Assembly (NCBI RefSeq): GCF_023055435.1
Contig: NW_025964002.1
Coordinates: 1,178,001-1,242,000 of the forward strand
DNA length: 64,000 nucleotides
Source of the DNA: Haliotis rufescens
Lineage: Eukaryota
Direction: 5' to 3'
Of this stretch, positions 11,343 through 22,843 are shown in pieces; position 1 is the stretch's first letter, and each line of letters begins with the position of its first letter. A model generated the notes under the pieces. That model searched no databases. It was not told the origin of the DNA and saw only the letters and a list, made by a program, of their open reading frames with translations. The translations under genes were made by a program, and so were the position numbers.

Positions 11343-12127
11343 ACTCTCACATCCATACAAATCACTCGCTTGAGTCACAACATGATATATATACTAGCTA
11401 GCGACCAATTATTGCCAACTCCCTGTTATAGCACATGTGATCTCATCTTGTTTTACTTCTGCTATGTTTCATTGGATTGGAAGAGAGAAATATTTAACCA
11501 AACAAAACTGACTCTTGTGAAGAAATGTGAAAAAACAAACCATATCATCATCTTGCTCAAATACAACTAAAGAGAAGACACGCGGGCGGTGTCATGTGAC
11601 TAATTCAGGTGTTAAGAAAAATCCAACAACACAACGATGCACATTCAGTTCTGTCACCGCTTCCTATCTGTCTGCCATTTCTTCCCAAAATTACAATTCT
11701 AAAACTAATTTGAGCTACTTTTTAAAAAATCCATAACCCTGTATATATCGCGAAAGCCATAGTACATTGTGCTGAGGATAAGCATGTGTAAATCGAATTT
11801 ACGGAATATTGGTGTACGTTAGTCTTCAGACAACAAACTGATAAAAGCATTTCTTATTAATTGTAATGAAAATAAAACTTGAGTGCGACACAAGAGAAAA
11901 TAGAAAATGTAATATGTAAATCTGAAGCAGTCTGCGTGATCATGTGGCATGTGCTGTTCAGACGATGGTGATAACTTGTACAGTTGGTTGATAGGAAGGA
12001 AAGGAGAAATTGTCAAAATATTTTTAGAAGTGTAGTCGCCAATTTGAAATTAGTGACCCGTACTGGGGTGTTCTCAGATCTTTGTTTAGCGGTAGTGAGA
12101 ACAAAGATCTGATTTAATGAGATTGGG

Positions 12128-12435
12128 CAGAGTTCGAAATAATTTTAAAACCCAACAAGACAGTAGGACAGGTGACCAAAAGTGTTGTCTGCCCATCTTC
12201 AAAGTAACCTGCCCGCATTCAGGCATAATAAACATTGAAAATTTGCAAAGGCTAAGAGACAAATCATGTTGAAATATTGCAAACAATTACTTGAGAATCT
12301 ACCAGGTGTTATAAAATAACTGAATATATATGTAGTCTTAAATTATCTGCCATATATTTGGGCAGGTGGAGGAGAATTTCATGCAGACCAACAGAAAAGT
12401 TACCAGACATGTGCAGGAAGTTATTTCAGCCACTG
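12128..12435 (-). mobile_element. CAGTG-ended MITE, copy 2 (inverted relative to copy 1)
   Basis: Reverse complement aligns by eye with 8937-9266 (e.g. tgcccgcattcaggcat versus atgcctgagtgcgggca). Confidence 0.6.
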
Positions 12436-12758
12436 AGGGAGGGTAAGGGTTAGCTCTCTCTTAGAGCGAACAAATCCAATGTAATTTGATGAAAATCTGT
12501 AAATTTGAGAAAACTGAGAAAATGGCTACTACGACTAAAAGCAAACAATTGGGTGCAGATCACGCTGATTACTTGGGCCCATTATTTGTGACAGCACCTG
12601 TGGTCCCATGGTAAAGTGTTGGCTTATTATAATAGATTAACACTTTAGCCCGGCTAGTTTCAAGATGGCAACAGGAGTTCCAGGGTGCTAACTGAAATCC
12701 GAAAAAGTGTGTCAAGTAAAATGCACTTCTCCCCAGAAAGGAAACAATTATTACTTAC

Positions 12759-12850
12759 CTACATGGGTTCTGATTGACTTCCACGTGAAACTTGGATGGA
12801 CAAAGAGGTGCACTGGGTAATGCATCGCCAATTTCTGAGACTTGATCCAT
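12759..12850 (-). CDS. TRIP13: TRIP13/Pch2 coding exon 1 (MDQVSEIGDALPSAPLCPSKFHVEVNQNPC-S)
   Basis: ATG at 12850-12848; HVEV motif of the TRIP13 N-terminus; donor AG|GTAAGT; 92 nt, phase 2, joins exon 2 in frame. Confidence 0.85.
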
Positions 12851-13151
12851 AGGTTAATTTACCCAAAACTTGGTCACTTAAAAATGTCTATGAAAGTATC
12901 AATAGCTAAAAAAACACAGTCAACAGGTTAAACAAACAGATGGTCACAGACTCACACCTTCAAGATTTCATTTTACTGCCTATGATGACATCCGATTAAA
13001 AGCGATATTATTGGATAGATAATGAGAATACCTATATTATATCACCACAGTTTATGCAGGAATTCGCTTATCGTTTCCATAAACATAACGACGTTTCTTA
13101 AAAGAAACTATTTCACATATAAAACATCGATATGAGGACGCGTATTTTCCT

Positions 13152-13166
13152 TTCAAATCTGGCGCT
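13152..13166 (-). promoter_or_regulatory. Putative CDE/CHR (DREAM/MuvB) cell-cycle element upstream of TRIP13
   Basis: Minus strand reads AGCGC-CAGA-TTTGAA about 300 bp upstream of the ATG. TTTGAA preceded by a GC-rich element at 4-nt spacing matches the CDE/CHR layout of G2/M genes. Confidence 0.45.
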
Positions 13167-14009
13167 CTGGTACCTGCCGTAAAGGAATACCTGCTGCCAA
13201 AAATCACATATGACTATTTTACGACATATTAAAATGGATTTTTGTTGTAATTTTACGAACCTGAACAATTATTAATGCAAAACTTAACCAATTCTTTAGA
13301 TGTTGAGGTCAATAACATATGAACAAGAATGAATATGTTAATTAAACAACGTCTAAAATGAAAACTTCAATTTACGACAATAGCAAGGGAACCTACTCGT
13401 CCGAACACATACTGCGCATTGATGGTGTGTATTGATGAGTGCGTCGTAAACGGTTTGGATTTTACGTGTGCATCTCCTAATACTTTAATAAATTATTTAT
13501 AACTCCATGGCTGGGAATAAAAAGAATGTTGAAAGTAAAAAAATATGTTTAATAGCATATCCTGAATTTTTATGAATAAACATTAAAATAACAATGTTTT
13601 TAATAACTATTTTCTTATTATTTAAAATCGGGCCAGTTATTGTGTTTACTTATTGAGTTTGCGTACCGACCCGTGGGATCTGTGTTAGAATAAATCCCCA
13701 ACATTCTATAGCTTGTCTTCAAAGCCTGCTAAGTTTAGTCTGGTGGTGGGACCCTGTGAGTTGGCTGACCCTGTGACACGGGGTGTTAGTGCTTATATCT
13801 CACCAAGATTTGATTATTTACAGACTGCCTTGATACAGCTGAATATTACTGACTGTGGTTGCGGCCTAAAACAACAACCAAACGTACCACCCACCACTTC
13901 AACGTTGAGCAAAACACCAAATTATTTGTCCCTTAAGGTATCTGTTAGAAACTATTTCCATTGACTCTTTGTCTCTTTCGAAAACATGCCAAATGAAGTA
14001 GGATAGATG

Positions 14010-14273
14010 CACGGTGCACAGAGGACCCTATAGCTATCGCCCAAGGCAGAGTTGCGTCCCTTAGGCGTGCCAGAATCCTATGGTCGTGGGTTCGAATCCC
14101 AGATTCACCCTGTATATATATGTTTCTGGGTTTGTCAGCACCACACCAGCTCTAGTGCGTTTCGCCAAAGTGGAAACATAAGGACTACATTGGTTCTGGG
14201 TTTTCTCCCCGATGAATCTGACACGCCGTGATGTAACTGAAATACTGGCCAAAGTGTGTTAAACCAAACTCAC
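14010..14273 (+). mobile_element. SINE family B
   Basis: B-box GGTTCGAATCCC followed by the family B body and tail. Confidence 0.8.
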
Positions 14274-14769
14274 TAGTATATCAAATGAATGCGCCAATTT
14301 CAAACCACCGCAAAATGCACTGAACCTGTCAAAATACATTTGTCGTTTCTCGTCACTTTTAAAACTTCTATATTTGATTAGTTTTTTGTGATAGATATCT
14401 TCCCGCTTCCTAATGGAATACATGTGCAGTGAGAAATGGATTAACAAACAGAAATATGTTGGAAAAAAAGAGGGGTGCTCACTAAGCAGGTTTATACAGA
14501 GCGTGCATCCGTGACCTAATCACTTGTATACTGCCAGGCAAAAGAAAGTATACACTTGAAAATTGGATTTGACCAAAACATTACAAGCGCTCTCAAAAAG
14601 GTACTAGGTTAATAAAACAGTCGCCGAAATACTGTAAACTAGAGGTCTAAAACACAACTATGATACCCGTATATATCAAATATATCTCCATCCCAAAACC
14701 ATTTCTTGTAGCCACCATCAAAGACGCGTGTATACTTTCTTTTACCCGGCAGTTTATGTTGAATAAGAT

Positions 14770-14965
14770 TGATTGATTGTTTGTTGTTTAACGCCGCACT
14801 CGGAAATATTCCAGCCATATGACGGCGGTCTGTAAATAATCGAGTCTGGACCAGACAATCCAGTGATTGATATCCTGAAGATCGATCCACGCAATTGGGA
14901 TACGATGACATGCATCAACCCAGTCAGCGAGCCTGACCACCCGATGCAGTTAGTCGCCTCTTACA
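14770..14965 (-). mobile_element. SINE-like family C (AAAC tail)
   Basis: Homologous to copies at about 13668-13885(+), 31748-31885(-), 35435-35556(-), 35612-35857(+), 39065-39250(+), 47305-47577(+) and 57207-57568(+). Confidence 0.85.
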
Positions 14966-15342
14966 AATGCACTTGCGTTTTCAGTCATCATGTTAGGCAT
15001 ATGCAGATTATTACCCGAGTATATTTCCGCACAGTAAATATGACATATTCGGAATAAAAATTGTATTATACCAGCCTTGGCGCGTAATGCATATATTCTA
15101 TTAGAGATATATGATATTTACAATGCAGAATTCGCTCGAGTAATAATCTATTTATCATATAATGTAATTCTTAAAATATTCGATGTTTACGACGTAATTT
15201 CGCTCACCGATGTAACAGTTTATGAATGAATATATATGCAATGCATATTCGTCTGACGCGCCGCGATTTTCTATGCAGCATCGCGTTCATAAGAAACCGG
15301 TCAACTGGGTTTCTTTGATAGGCGTTTAGAAGTTGGAGTACT

Positions 15343-15500
15343 GAGTAAGGATAAGAATTTATGGATGAACAACTTCTTTATTACAATTAAGAATGACGTT
15401 TCGGCGAAGGTTCTAACACCGTTGTCAAGCAAGTACGATGATAACGTCGCTCTTAGTTGTAATAAAGAAGTTGTTCATCCATAAATTCTTATTCTTACTC
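15343..15500. mobile_element. Fold-back Penelope-like terminal-repeat remnant with a degenerate hammerhead core
   Basis: 58-bp inverted arms with 4 mismatches; minus strand TTGACAA-c-stemII-GAAACGTC followed by AATAAAGAAGTTG. Confidence 0.6.
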
Positions 15501-16144
15501 GATTAACTAGGGTTTGAGACTCGCCCTATTTTTAAAAAAAAATTCAGCACCATATCTATTCTTGTGGATTTCACCAAAGTGATATCTAATTCCGACTTGC
15601 ATCACTTTGGGCTTTCATCGAGCATCAACCTGACATGCCGTGATGTAACTGAAATACTGTTTCAATTGGCATGAAACTCACTCACTCACTCACTCACTGT
15701 ATGGGACTCAGTCTGAGCCAGTACATTAATTGCCTACCTTCTACATACAGTTAAGTGGCACGATTCAAGTCGTTCTGAGACCACGTTGTTATTGGCCAAC
15801 TCAAACTTTACTGTTTTTATCAATCTAACAACCATAATTACTATGATTACACAAAGAATGTCTCAGTTACACATATATCCATGCGTGGCATTAACATTAA
15901 ACCTATATCGAAAGAGGCCAACCGACTGGTAGTGTTTAACTGCAAGCAAAGACATTTTTGGCCCATTTGGCGTGTCTATCTAAGCAAAATTATGTTGGGC
16001 AACATATCGCACTTAATTCGTTCATGCAAAGACGTATATACGTCTTTGGTTCATGCCATGCACCGTTTGTCTGTCATGCAGTTCTGAATCACGACCACAA
16101 ATAACCCACAGGCCAGCTAACAGCTGATCGAAGCTTCCGTGTGG

Positions 16145-16169
16145 CAGTCATATGACTGGTCACGTGACC
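16145..16169. promoter_or_regulatory. Two abutting palindromic extended E-boxes (CLEAR-type GTCACGTGAC plus GTCATATGAC variant)
   Basis: CAGTCATATGACTG (16145-16158) shares one base with GGTCACGTGACC (16158-16169), in a locally CpG-rich stretch about 150 bp upstream of a candidate first exon. Confidence 0.6.
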
Positions 16170-16315
16170 GCTAGTATGGCAGATAGAACTCCCACCATGG
16201 CTGGTGGTGGAGGCTCGCTACATTACACAATTGTACTTTGAAACGTGACGGTAGAAAACCCGGGATTCCCCAGTGTCAACTGACCAAAGTCCAGATCCAC
16301 CGTGGCTTCGACATC

Positions 16316-16340
16316 ATGAGCGAAAGTTCGACTGGCGAAG
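16316..16340 (+). CDS. Candidate first coding exon A of an unidentified + strand gene (MSESSTGE-G)
   Basis: atcATGA start, strong donor AAG|GTAGGT, phase 1, CpG-rich promoter-like context. Confidence 0.6.
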
Positions 16341-17193
16341 GTAGGTGGACTTTGCCTGACTCGACTTATCAACTTGAGCTGCGGAGAGTTCGCTTGTTGC
16401 TAGCTGTTTTCTTCATACTGTTCGCGACTCTGCCGGCGTTATCAATCTAGATCACCTACTTCGCGACGCAGAGACACTGTGTCATGGTGGCGCATAACCT
16501 TGGACATGATATTGCTGTGAAATATGTTTAAATCAAGGGACCGTATGCCTAATATTGGCTGCACGATCGTGTTGTTTACATCCCGAGTGGATGAGCGCAA
16601 TAGGCCTACCATGTGCTGTCAAGTATGACTGACAAGAATAGCTAGTGTATTACAAATCCCTCGAAGGTTCATTAGCGATCTTTGGTGCGATTTCATGGTC
16701 AGTGAGCGCAGTTAATAGGTCGAACTAAAACAAGCCACTTATCATCTACCTGTTGACAGCGACTAACTGACCCGGTTACACAATGTTATGGTGTGGGTGG
16801 AGGTCTGGTTGGGGTCATGACCTCGAGTGAAGCAGATGACGCCAGCAGGGGATGGGATAATTTTACACGGAAACTTTTTGTAAGAGAATGAACTGAAACC
16901 AGCTACAATCAATGTGACACTGTTTCTTCTCAATTTAGCTCAGATGATGAGAAGGAGATTATGTTCTCGTGGTAGATATAACTTGTTGCAGTTTGTGGTC
17001 AGAAGCAGAGATGATTATTTCATTGCTTGTCAACTTATAAGACAAGTACTGTAAATGATGCAATCAGTTTTTGATAAACCCAAAGCATTCAAGCAACATT
17101 TTAATGGAACCATATTGTCTGACTTTCACTGGGAAAGCAATTCTGTCTTACCATACTCATCTTGACGTACGGACAAATCTATTGATTTATTTT

Positions 17194-17386
17194 TTTAAGG
17201 AAGAGAATTTCTGGATGTCAACTTCTTTATAATGAGGAACACAACGTTTCGGTGTAGATGCTTACTCCTTCATCAGGTGAATAAATGCTTTGAAGCAGAG
17301 AACCATTATATGTTCCTGTAAGAGCAACAGAAGTAATAAAATAAGAAAAGGTAGAAAGTGACATCAAAGAAATTCTCTTCCTTAAA
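17194..17386. mobile_element. Fold-back Penelope-like terminal-repeat remnant containing the hammerhead
   Basis: About 27-bp inverted arms at 17194-17220 and 17359-17386; shares aaagaagttg..catcca.aaattct with the 15343 element. Confidence 0.55.
17237..17282 (-). ncRNA. Minimal type I hammerhead ribozyme motif (Penelope-type)
   Basis: cac-CUGAUGA-a-ggagua(agcauc)uacacc-GAAAC-GUU-gug: intact core, stem II 5/6 bp, 3-bp stem I, palindromic ACGU in place of stem III. Confidence 0.65.
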
Positions 17387-18699
17387 TGCATGTGTATCAC
17401 TTCTGAATGCCATTCAAAGACTTTATTTGTTTGTTTCCATGGTTATATGTCTCCAAAAGAGTATAAGTGGTGGGAGTCAGCTGATCATTTCTGCATCCGA
17501 GAAGCAGTAGGCCAAGTGTTGGTATGTGGAAGAAGGAATTGTTGACTGAAAGATGTAGTTAGGGAACAGGTTGACGTGAACACCTGCTTGTTGTCAGACA
17601 TCACGATACAGTACCTTGTAACTTGTAACTTATCACAGTCTGTACCAGGACTTGTCAGTCCACTCGCCCCAATGTTTCTCTTGCCATCTTTTTGAGTAGA
17701 TTTTATTATTTATATATAGACTGTTATTAGCTTCTCCTACTAGACGATTTTACTAGACACGGGCTTCGGACCAGTTGCTCAAGATGCAGACTGTGTCTTA
17801 GTGATCAGATTAACACAAGAACCAGTCAGACAGTCCAAAATGATCTGAGGTCAACTATAGCATTCAATATTACTGGTATGATAAGATTTATTTTGGGAAT
17901 GCTTTTGACTGGACCCTGCCATTTTATAAAGTGATACAATTTTATTATACTTCTTTTTTATCTTTTATAACAGTTTTGTATATTTGTCTTGTCAGCCTCC
18001 ATAATCACCTGCCCTATTAATATTTGACTCCCTTTGTTCACCCCCCCCATCCCCCCACCCCCACTAAACACCCACATGCACTGTTGCTGATGTTGGGTCA
18101 TTCAATGTTCAGTCATGAGTGTGGCATTGCTTCTGCCTCTCTGTGGGTGCAAGAATTAGCACCGACATGCAGTATTTGGGTGCATGGCTTCCAAACCAAA
18201 CGAACCTCTTGTAAACATAACATGCACTTGTGACAGGCACATTTGTCAACATGCTCCTCGCATTGCATGTCACCATCATTACCCTTTACATTAGACCTCA
18301 AAGAACGAGGGACAACACTGTAAGGAGCTTTGTTGCAAAGCTTGGAGATAAGGTGAGGTGAAATGGGGTTTAACATCGCATACAAGATTATTGCACTTTA
18401 ATGGCGACTTGCATGCACGTGTGTGTGAATGCTGAATGCCAGGCAGGATGACAAGTACCATCTTTTAATGTCTTTTGTTATGACGCATCTGGAGATCAAC
18501 CACCAACCTTTAGCTCTATGAGCAGACTCACAATCCACTAGACCACGGAGGCTGTCGCACAACTTGGAAGTAGATGTGTCGATTACCATACCTGAATGTA
18601 ATAGTTTGCAGGGAAGCTCTCATATGGCATGTCCGATAATCAGCGATGTAATATGGGCATGGGTTTAGGACACTTTGGACCCAAACAAGCATTAAAAAC

Positions 18700-19170
18700 G
18701 ACAATACGTGAAAATTCCTGTGTAACACTATCAGACTTCCATCCATTATCCTGAGAATCACTGTGCCGAACAGTATGTCGCGTTTTTGTCAAGAAGAGTG
18801 TTTTAAGCTTCCTTGGGTTGTGAAGGACCCCATATCATTAATGACAGTATGTCTGTTGTTCATGCTGTCAACCACTGGATTGCCTGGCGCTGACTATTTC
18901 CAAATGGCGTGATGCAGATGTAAAATTGCTGCTGGTGTCTGTATAATAGTCTGGTCCAGACATACCAGTGGCTATGCAACATCCCACGCTGTCCATTTTT
19001 GTGGACTCTTACTGATATAGTGGAAACATTATTCCAAATCCCATGATTCATGTGTATCCCTCTATCTGCTGCCTGAACCAGGCCTGTACCCTGCAGAGTT
19101 AGGTTCCTTGGTATTTATGATCCACTGGTGAAGGGTTCGACTTTGCCATTTCCCCTGATTATGAACTTTG
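18700..19170 (-). mobile_element. Possible heavily decayed LTR-retrotransposon RT fragment
   Basis: Fragmentary motifs (…CITPFG…, …VINDM…) reminiscent of Gypsy RT; frames are broken. Confidence 0.2.
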
Positions 19171-19175
19171 TGTCA

Positions 19176-19375
19176 TTACCTTACCCCTAATAAGGTACCT
19201 TTTCCTTTGACATGATCCTCCAGGCTGACCGGTCCCTGTTTTAGCTCCTTATTGCAGAGCGTCAGGCAGGGTAACAACAAGTACCATCTTTGAACATCTT
19301 TTGGTATGATGCAGCCAGGGATCAAACCCTGGACCTTCCGCTCTCCGGGCGGATGCTCTACCACTAAACCAGTTC
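19176..19375 (-). mobile_element. tRNA-derived SINE, family D (core resembles the MetaSINE domain, from memory)
   Basis: tRNA-like head then ataccaaaagatgttcaaagatggtacttgttg; related copies at about 18398-18555(-) and 61480-61585(+). Confidence 0.6.
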
Positions 19376-21007
19376 AGAACCATTGCTTCAGAAATGGAAC
19401 TGATCCCACAGAAATGTCTGCCATGACATAGCATCAGTAAAAGATTTTACACCTTTTTTATCGCAAAATATTTCACCCTGTTCTGTCTTTTCATTCTGTA
19501 TAAGGTGAACAAAGTAAGGAGATAGACAATTCATATTTTCCACTAACCAGTTCTGGACCACTTCTAACATGGGTCCTCTTTCACACTGAGCAGCATTTGT
19601 CTCCAGGACCAGCGTTTGTCGGCGCCTTGTACCAGTTGTTATAAGATGACAAGTGGCAGTCAAAAAGCATTACGCTGCAGTCAACAACTTCCTCTTCAGT
19701 TTCTCCCTCTTCGATCCTGGATTCATCAAGTAGAACATTATTATGGTGTGCTACGGTGGAGTGTTTTCATGCTTTTATATGTCAGATATGAGACACGGTT
19801 GATGTTTGACCTTGAACAAAGTGAGCTTAAAAAGGAAGCGACACTTGGTCGGTTCTGGAATGTCCGAAGATGGGAGATGCTCCAGAGGGAAGAGTTCCTG
19901 AGTTCAGAGAGGAAGTATGGATGTGTCACGAGGGTACACTTCCTACACTGTGTGTACACGAGGGTACACTTGACAAATGAATGTAAAACACTGAAGAGGT
20001 TTCTGTACAAGTTTTTGAACAAGCTGTTTTGATGTGATGTGATTTTTTTTTACGGAAATACAAATTGTTCGGTAATAACCACTTGCTTGGTGATACCCAA
20101 CACAGCTCAACATTATATACCAGAGTTCATAAGCAGGATAAACTCAAAACTTTTTGTTTCTGTTTTAAATGAAGCTTTAAGATATTCATTCCAAGGCTTG
20201 TGCTCGATGGACATGATTCAGATCCTGTTTGTTATTTCCTGTTTGTGGGTTGCGATCCCCGGAGCCTGTCATGATGATAAATGTTTGATAGGAAGGACCT
20301 GCATTGACTTCACTATGTTATATTATATCAAATTCATGTGAGTCATACAGTTTCTTAAGAACTTCTTTGATTAAAGGTAAATATATAACACATATTATAA
20401 AAAATGAAAAACCCACCATGTTTTCTGTCCCTTGACAAGTATTTCTTTTTTACTTGCTAAACTTGTGCAGGTACAGTGTTGTAATGGGTCGACAATATTG
20501 TGTCCTATACACTTAAAAGTAGGAATTGACGCAAATAATAACAACCTTGAGTCCCATTGGATGCAAAAGTGTATGGATGTTGGAATAAGATTGAAGCACA
20601 TGCGGAATATTTTGGTGATATTTCTGTTCTTATAAGAAATACTGTCAAAATGTTCGGACAGTCCATTTAAGATTTTTCTTCTTTCAGTCATAAAGTTTTA
20701 ATTCAAACAAGGAAATCCCAATATATAATACACTTACTGTATCACGCATACTTTGAATGTTTGTTGTTGTGGTTCAGTGGTCAATCTTAATGCTGGAAAC
20801 CTTCCTAAGCACTCACAACCATATATAGACCAATGGGAGTCTGTTAGACCTGTATTTTGTCTAATTAGGCAACATACATTACAGTCATAAGGAGTTGTTA
20901 GGGGTGTAGTAGCGTAATCAAAATATCAGGATTACAGTTTTGTAACCAATCCTTGGATTAGCCTGGAGATTTATGCAGAGTCAGCCTATACATGGAAGAA
21001 AGAATGT

Positions 21008-21667
21008 GGCCTTGTGGTGAAGGTCATACTACAATGTTAGGCCAGACCAAGGCCTTGTGGTGAAGGTCATACTACATGTTAGGCCAGACCAAGGCCTTGT
21101 GGTGAAGGTCATACTACATGTTAGGCCAGACCAAGGCCTTGTGGTGAAGGTCATACTACAATGTTAGGCCAGACCAAGGCCTCAGGGTGAAGGTCATACT
21201 ACAATGTTAGGCCAGACCAAGGCCTTGTGGTGAAGGTCATACTACATATTAGGCCAGACCAAGGCCTTGTGGTGAAGGTCATACTACATGTTAGGCCAGA
21301 CCAAGGCCTTGTGGTGAAGGTCATACTACATGTTAGGCCAGACCAAGGCCTTGTGGTGAAGGTCATACTACATGTTAGGCCAGACCAAGGCCTTGTGGTG
21401 AAGGTCATACTACAATGTTAGGCCAGACCAAGGCCTTATGGTTAAGGTCATACTACAATGTTAGGCCAGGCCAAGGCCTTGTGGTGAAGGTCATACTACA
21501 ATGTTAAGCCAGGCCAAGGTCTCAAGGTGAAGGTCATACTACATGTTAGGCCAGACCAAGGCCTTATGGTTAAGGTCATACTACAATGTTAGGCCAGACC
21601 AAGGCCTTGTGGTGAAGGTCATACTACAATGTTAAGCCAGGCCAAGGTCTCAAGGTGAAGGTCATAC
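21008..21667. repeat. 42/43-bp minisatellite, about 15 units
   Basis: ggccttgtggtgaaggtcatactaca(a)tgttaggccagaccaa. Confidence 0.95.
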
Positions 21668-22124
21668 CAATTGAGGATTTGTTTCAGGGATTTGCCTTAA
21701 ATTTTGCAAAAGAGAAAAAAGTCAATGCTATGTTTGATAGAAAATATTTGTTTCCACAGTAAACTATGGTATATGACAAGCTAAAAGGGAGCACTAGATT
21801 TAGTTTGTTATAACCGTATTTCGTTATTAGTTTTCAGACTATCAGACATCTAGGATCAGGTCATGTGACCACATAATATTACTCGATAGGTGGCATAAAT
21901 GTGAAAAATGTGAACTGTGTGATGTCGTATATCCACCTGTACACTGGTGGCAAACTTTGCACGATACAATACCTGATACATTTAATTTGGCATCGATTCA
22001 CATTTCACCCCATATTGATTGTCCATGTTGATCTCGCGTCGATATCAATAAGCAAGTACCAACTATTTGTTTAATTCCCTTATAACTGACTGACCAGCTT
22101 TTCCTTGCTGCCTTTCATAAATAT

Positions 22125-22843
22125 AGATTACTAATCGAGCTCCCGTGTAATACCAATTTTATGAAACGAGTGAACTATTCACGAGGTTCATAAAATTGGT
22201 TTTACCTGGGAGCGAGTTTAGTATTTTATTTATTACTTGCCATTCATAACGTTTTTAGAATTATACTGTTAAGTTTGAATAGGCTGTCACCTACACGATA
22301 CACGGCATAATCCAATTGAGTTTAACAGAATAATATTACTAACACGTCAAAAAAGTTGAAACCATAGACGATATATTTGTGGTCCATGTTGAACAGACCA
22401 CCTTTAGAATTCAGGTGTCTGTTCCACAAAGCTATCATAGCGCTAAGGTTATCGCAACTTACATACTTTAACATACACTTATGACTGTCGTTGCTCTACG
22501 GTACGATCGCCTTGTGGAACGGGGCCTTGCACCACAAAGTTTACAATCATGTCACAATACCCGATGACGTAATTTGTGGAATTTTTTTGCAAGATCCATC
22601 GGCGAAACAATGTCATGTGACGTCACACTAGGGGTTATAGAGTGTGCATAAGCTCCTCTCAGTGATCTATCATCTCCGCACACAATGTCATTGAATAGGC
22701 CAAGGGATGTTGAGAGCTTTCAATATTTGTTGAAACTTGTTCCAAGAGTACATAAGCACGCGTTTTGGTATTACACAATGTGTAATACAGCTGTATGTCT
22801 GTATGTTTGTTAAATGGTTGATCTCTTCACGGGCAAGTAATAA
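22125..22843. mobile_element. Non-autonomous element with terminal hairpin (Crypton-like architecture)
   Basis: 27-bp inverted arms at 22139-22165 and 22187-22213, then TTATTACTTGCC (22230-22241) inverted against GGCAAGTAATAA (22832-22843). Confidence 0.4.
22412..22527. mobile_element. Small palindromic MITE (PIF/Harbinger-like ends)
   Basis: gttccacaaag...ccttgtggaacggggcc inverted ends; a related half copy lies at about 37480-37555. Confidence 0.5.

Noticed and set aside
16316-16340. Naming the divergent gene BRD9 by vertebrate synteny with TRIP13
   Set aside because: None of the candidate peptides resembles the Lys/His-rich BRD9 N-terminus, and no bromodomain exons are present.
21008-21667. 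CRISPR-like appearance of regularly spaced repeats
   Set aside because: Units are head-to-tail with no unique spacers, there are no cas genes, and the context is eukaryotic.
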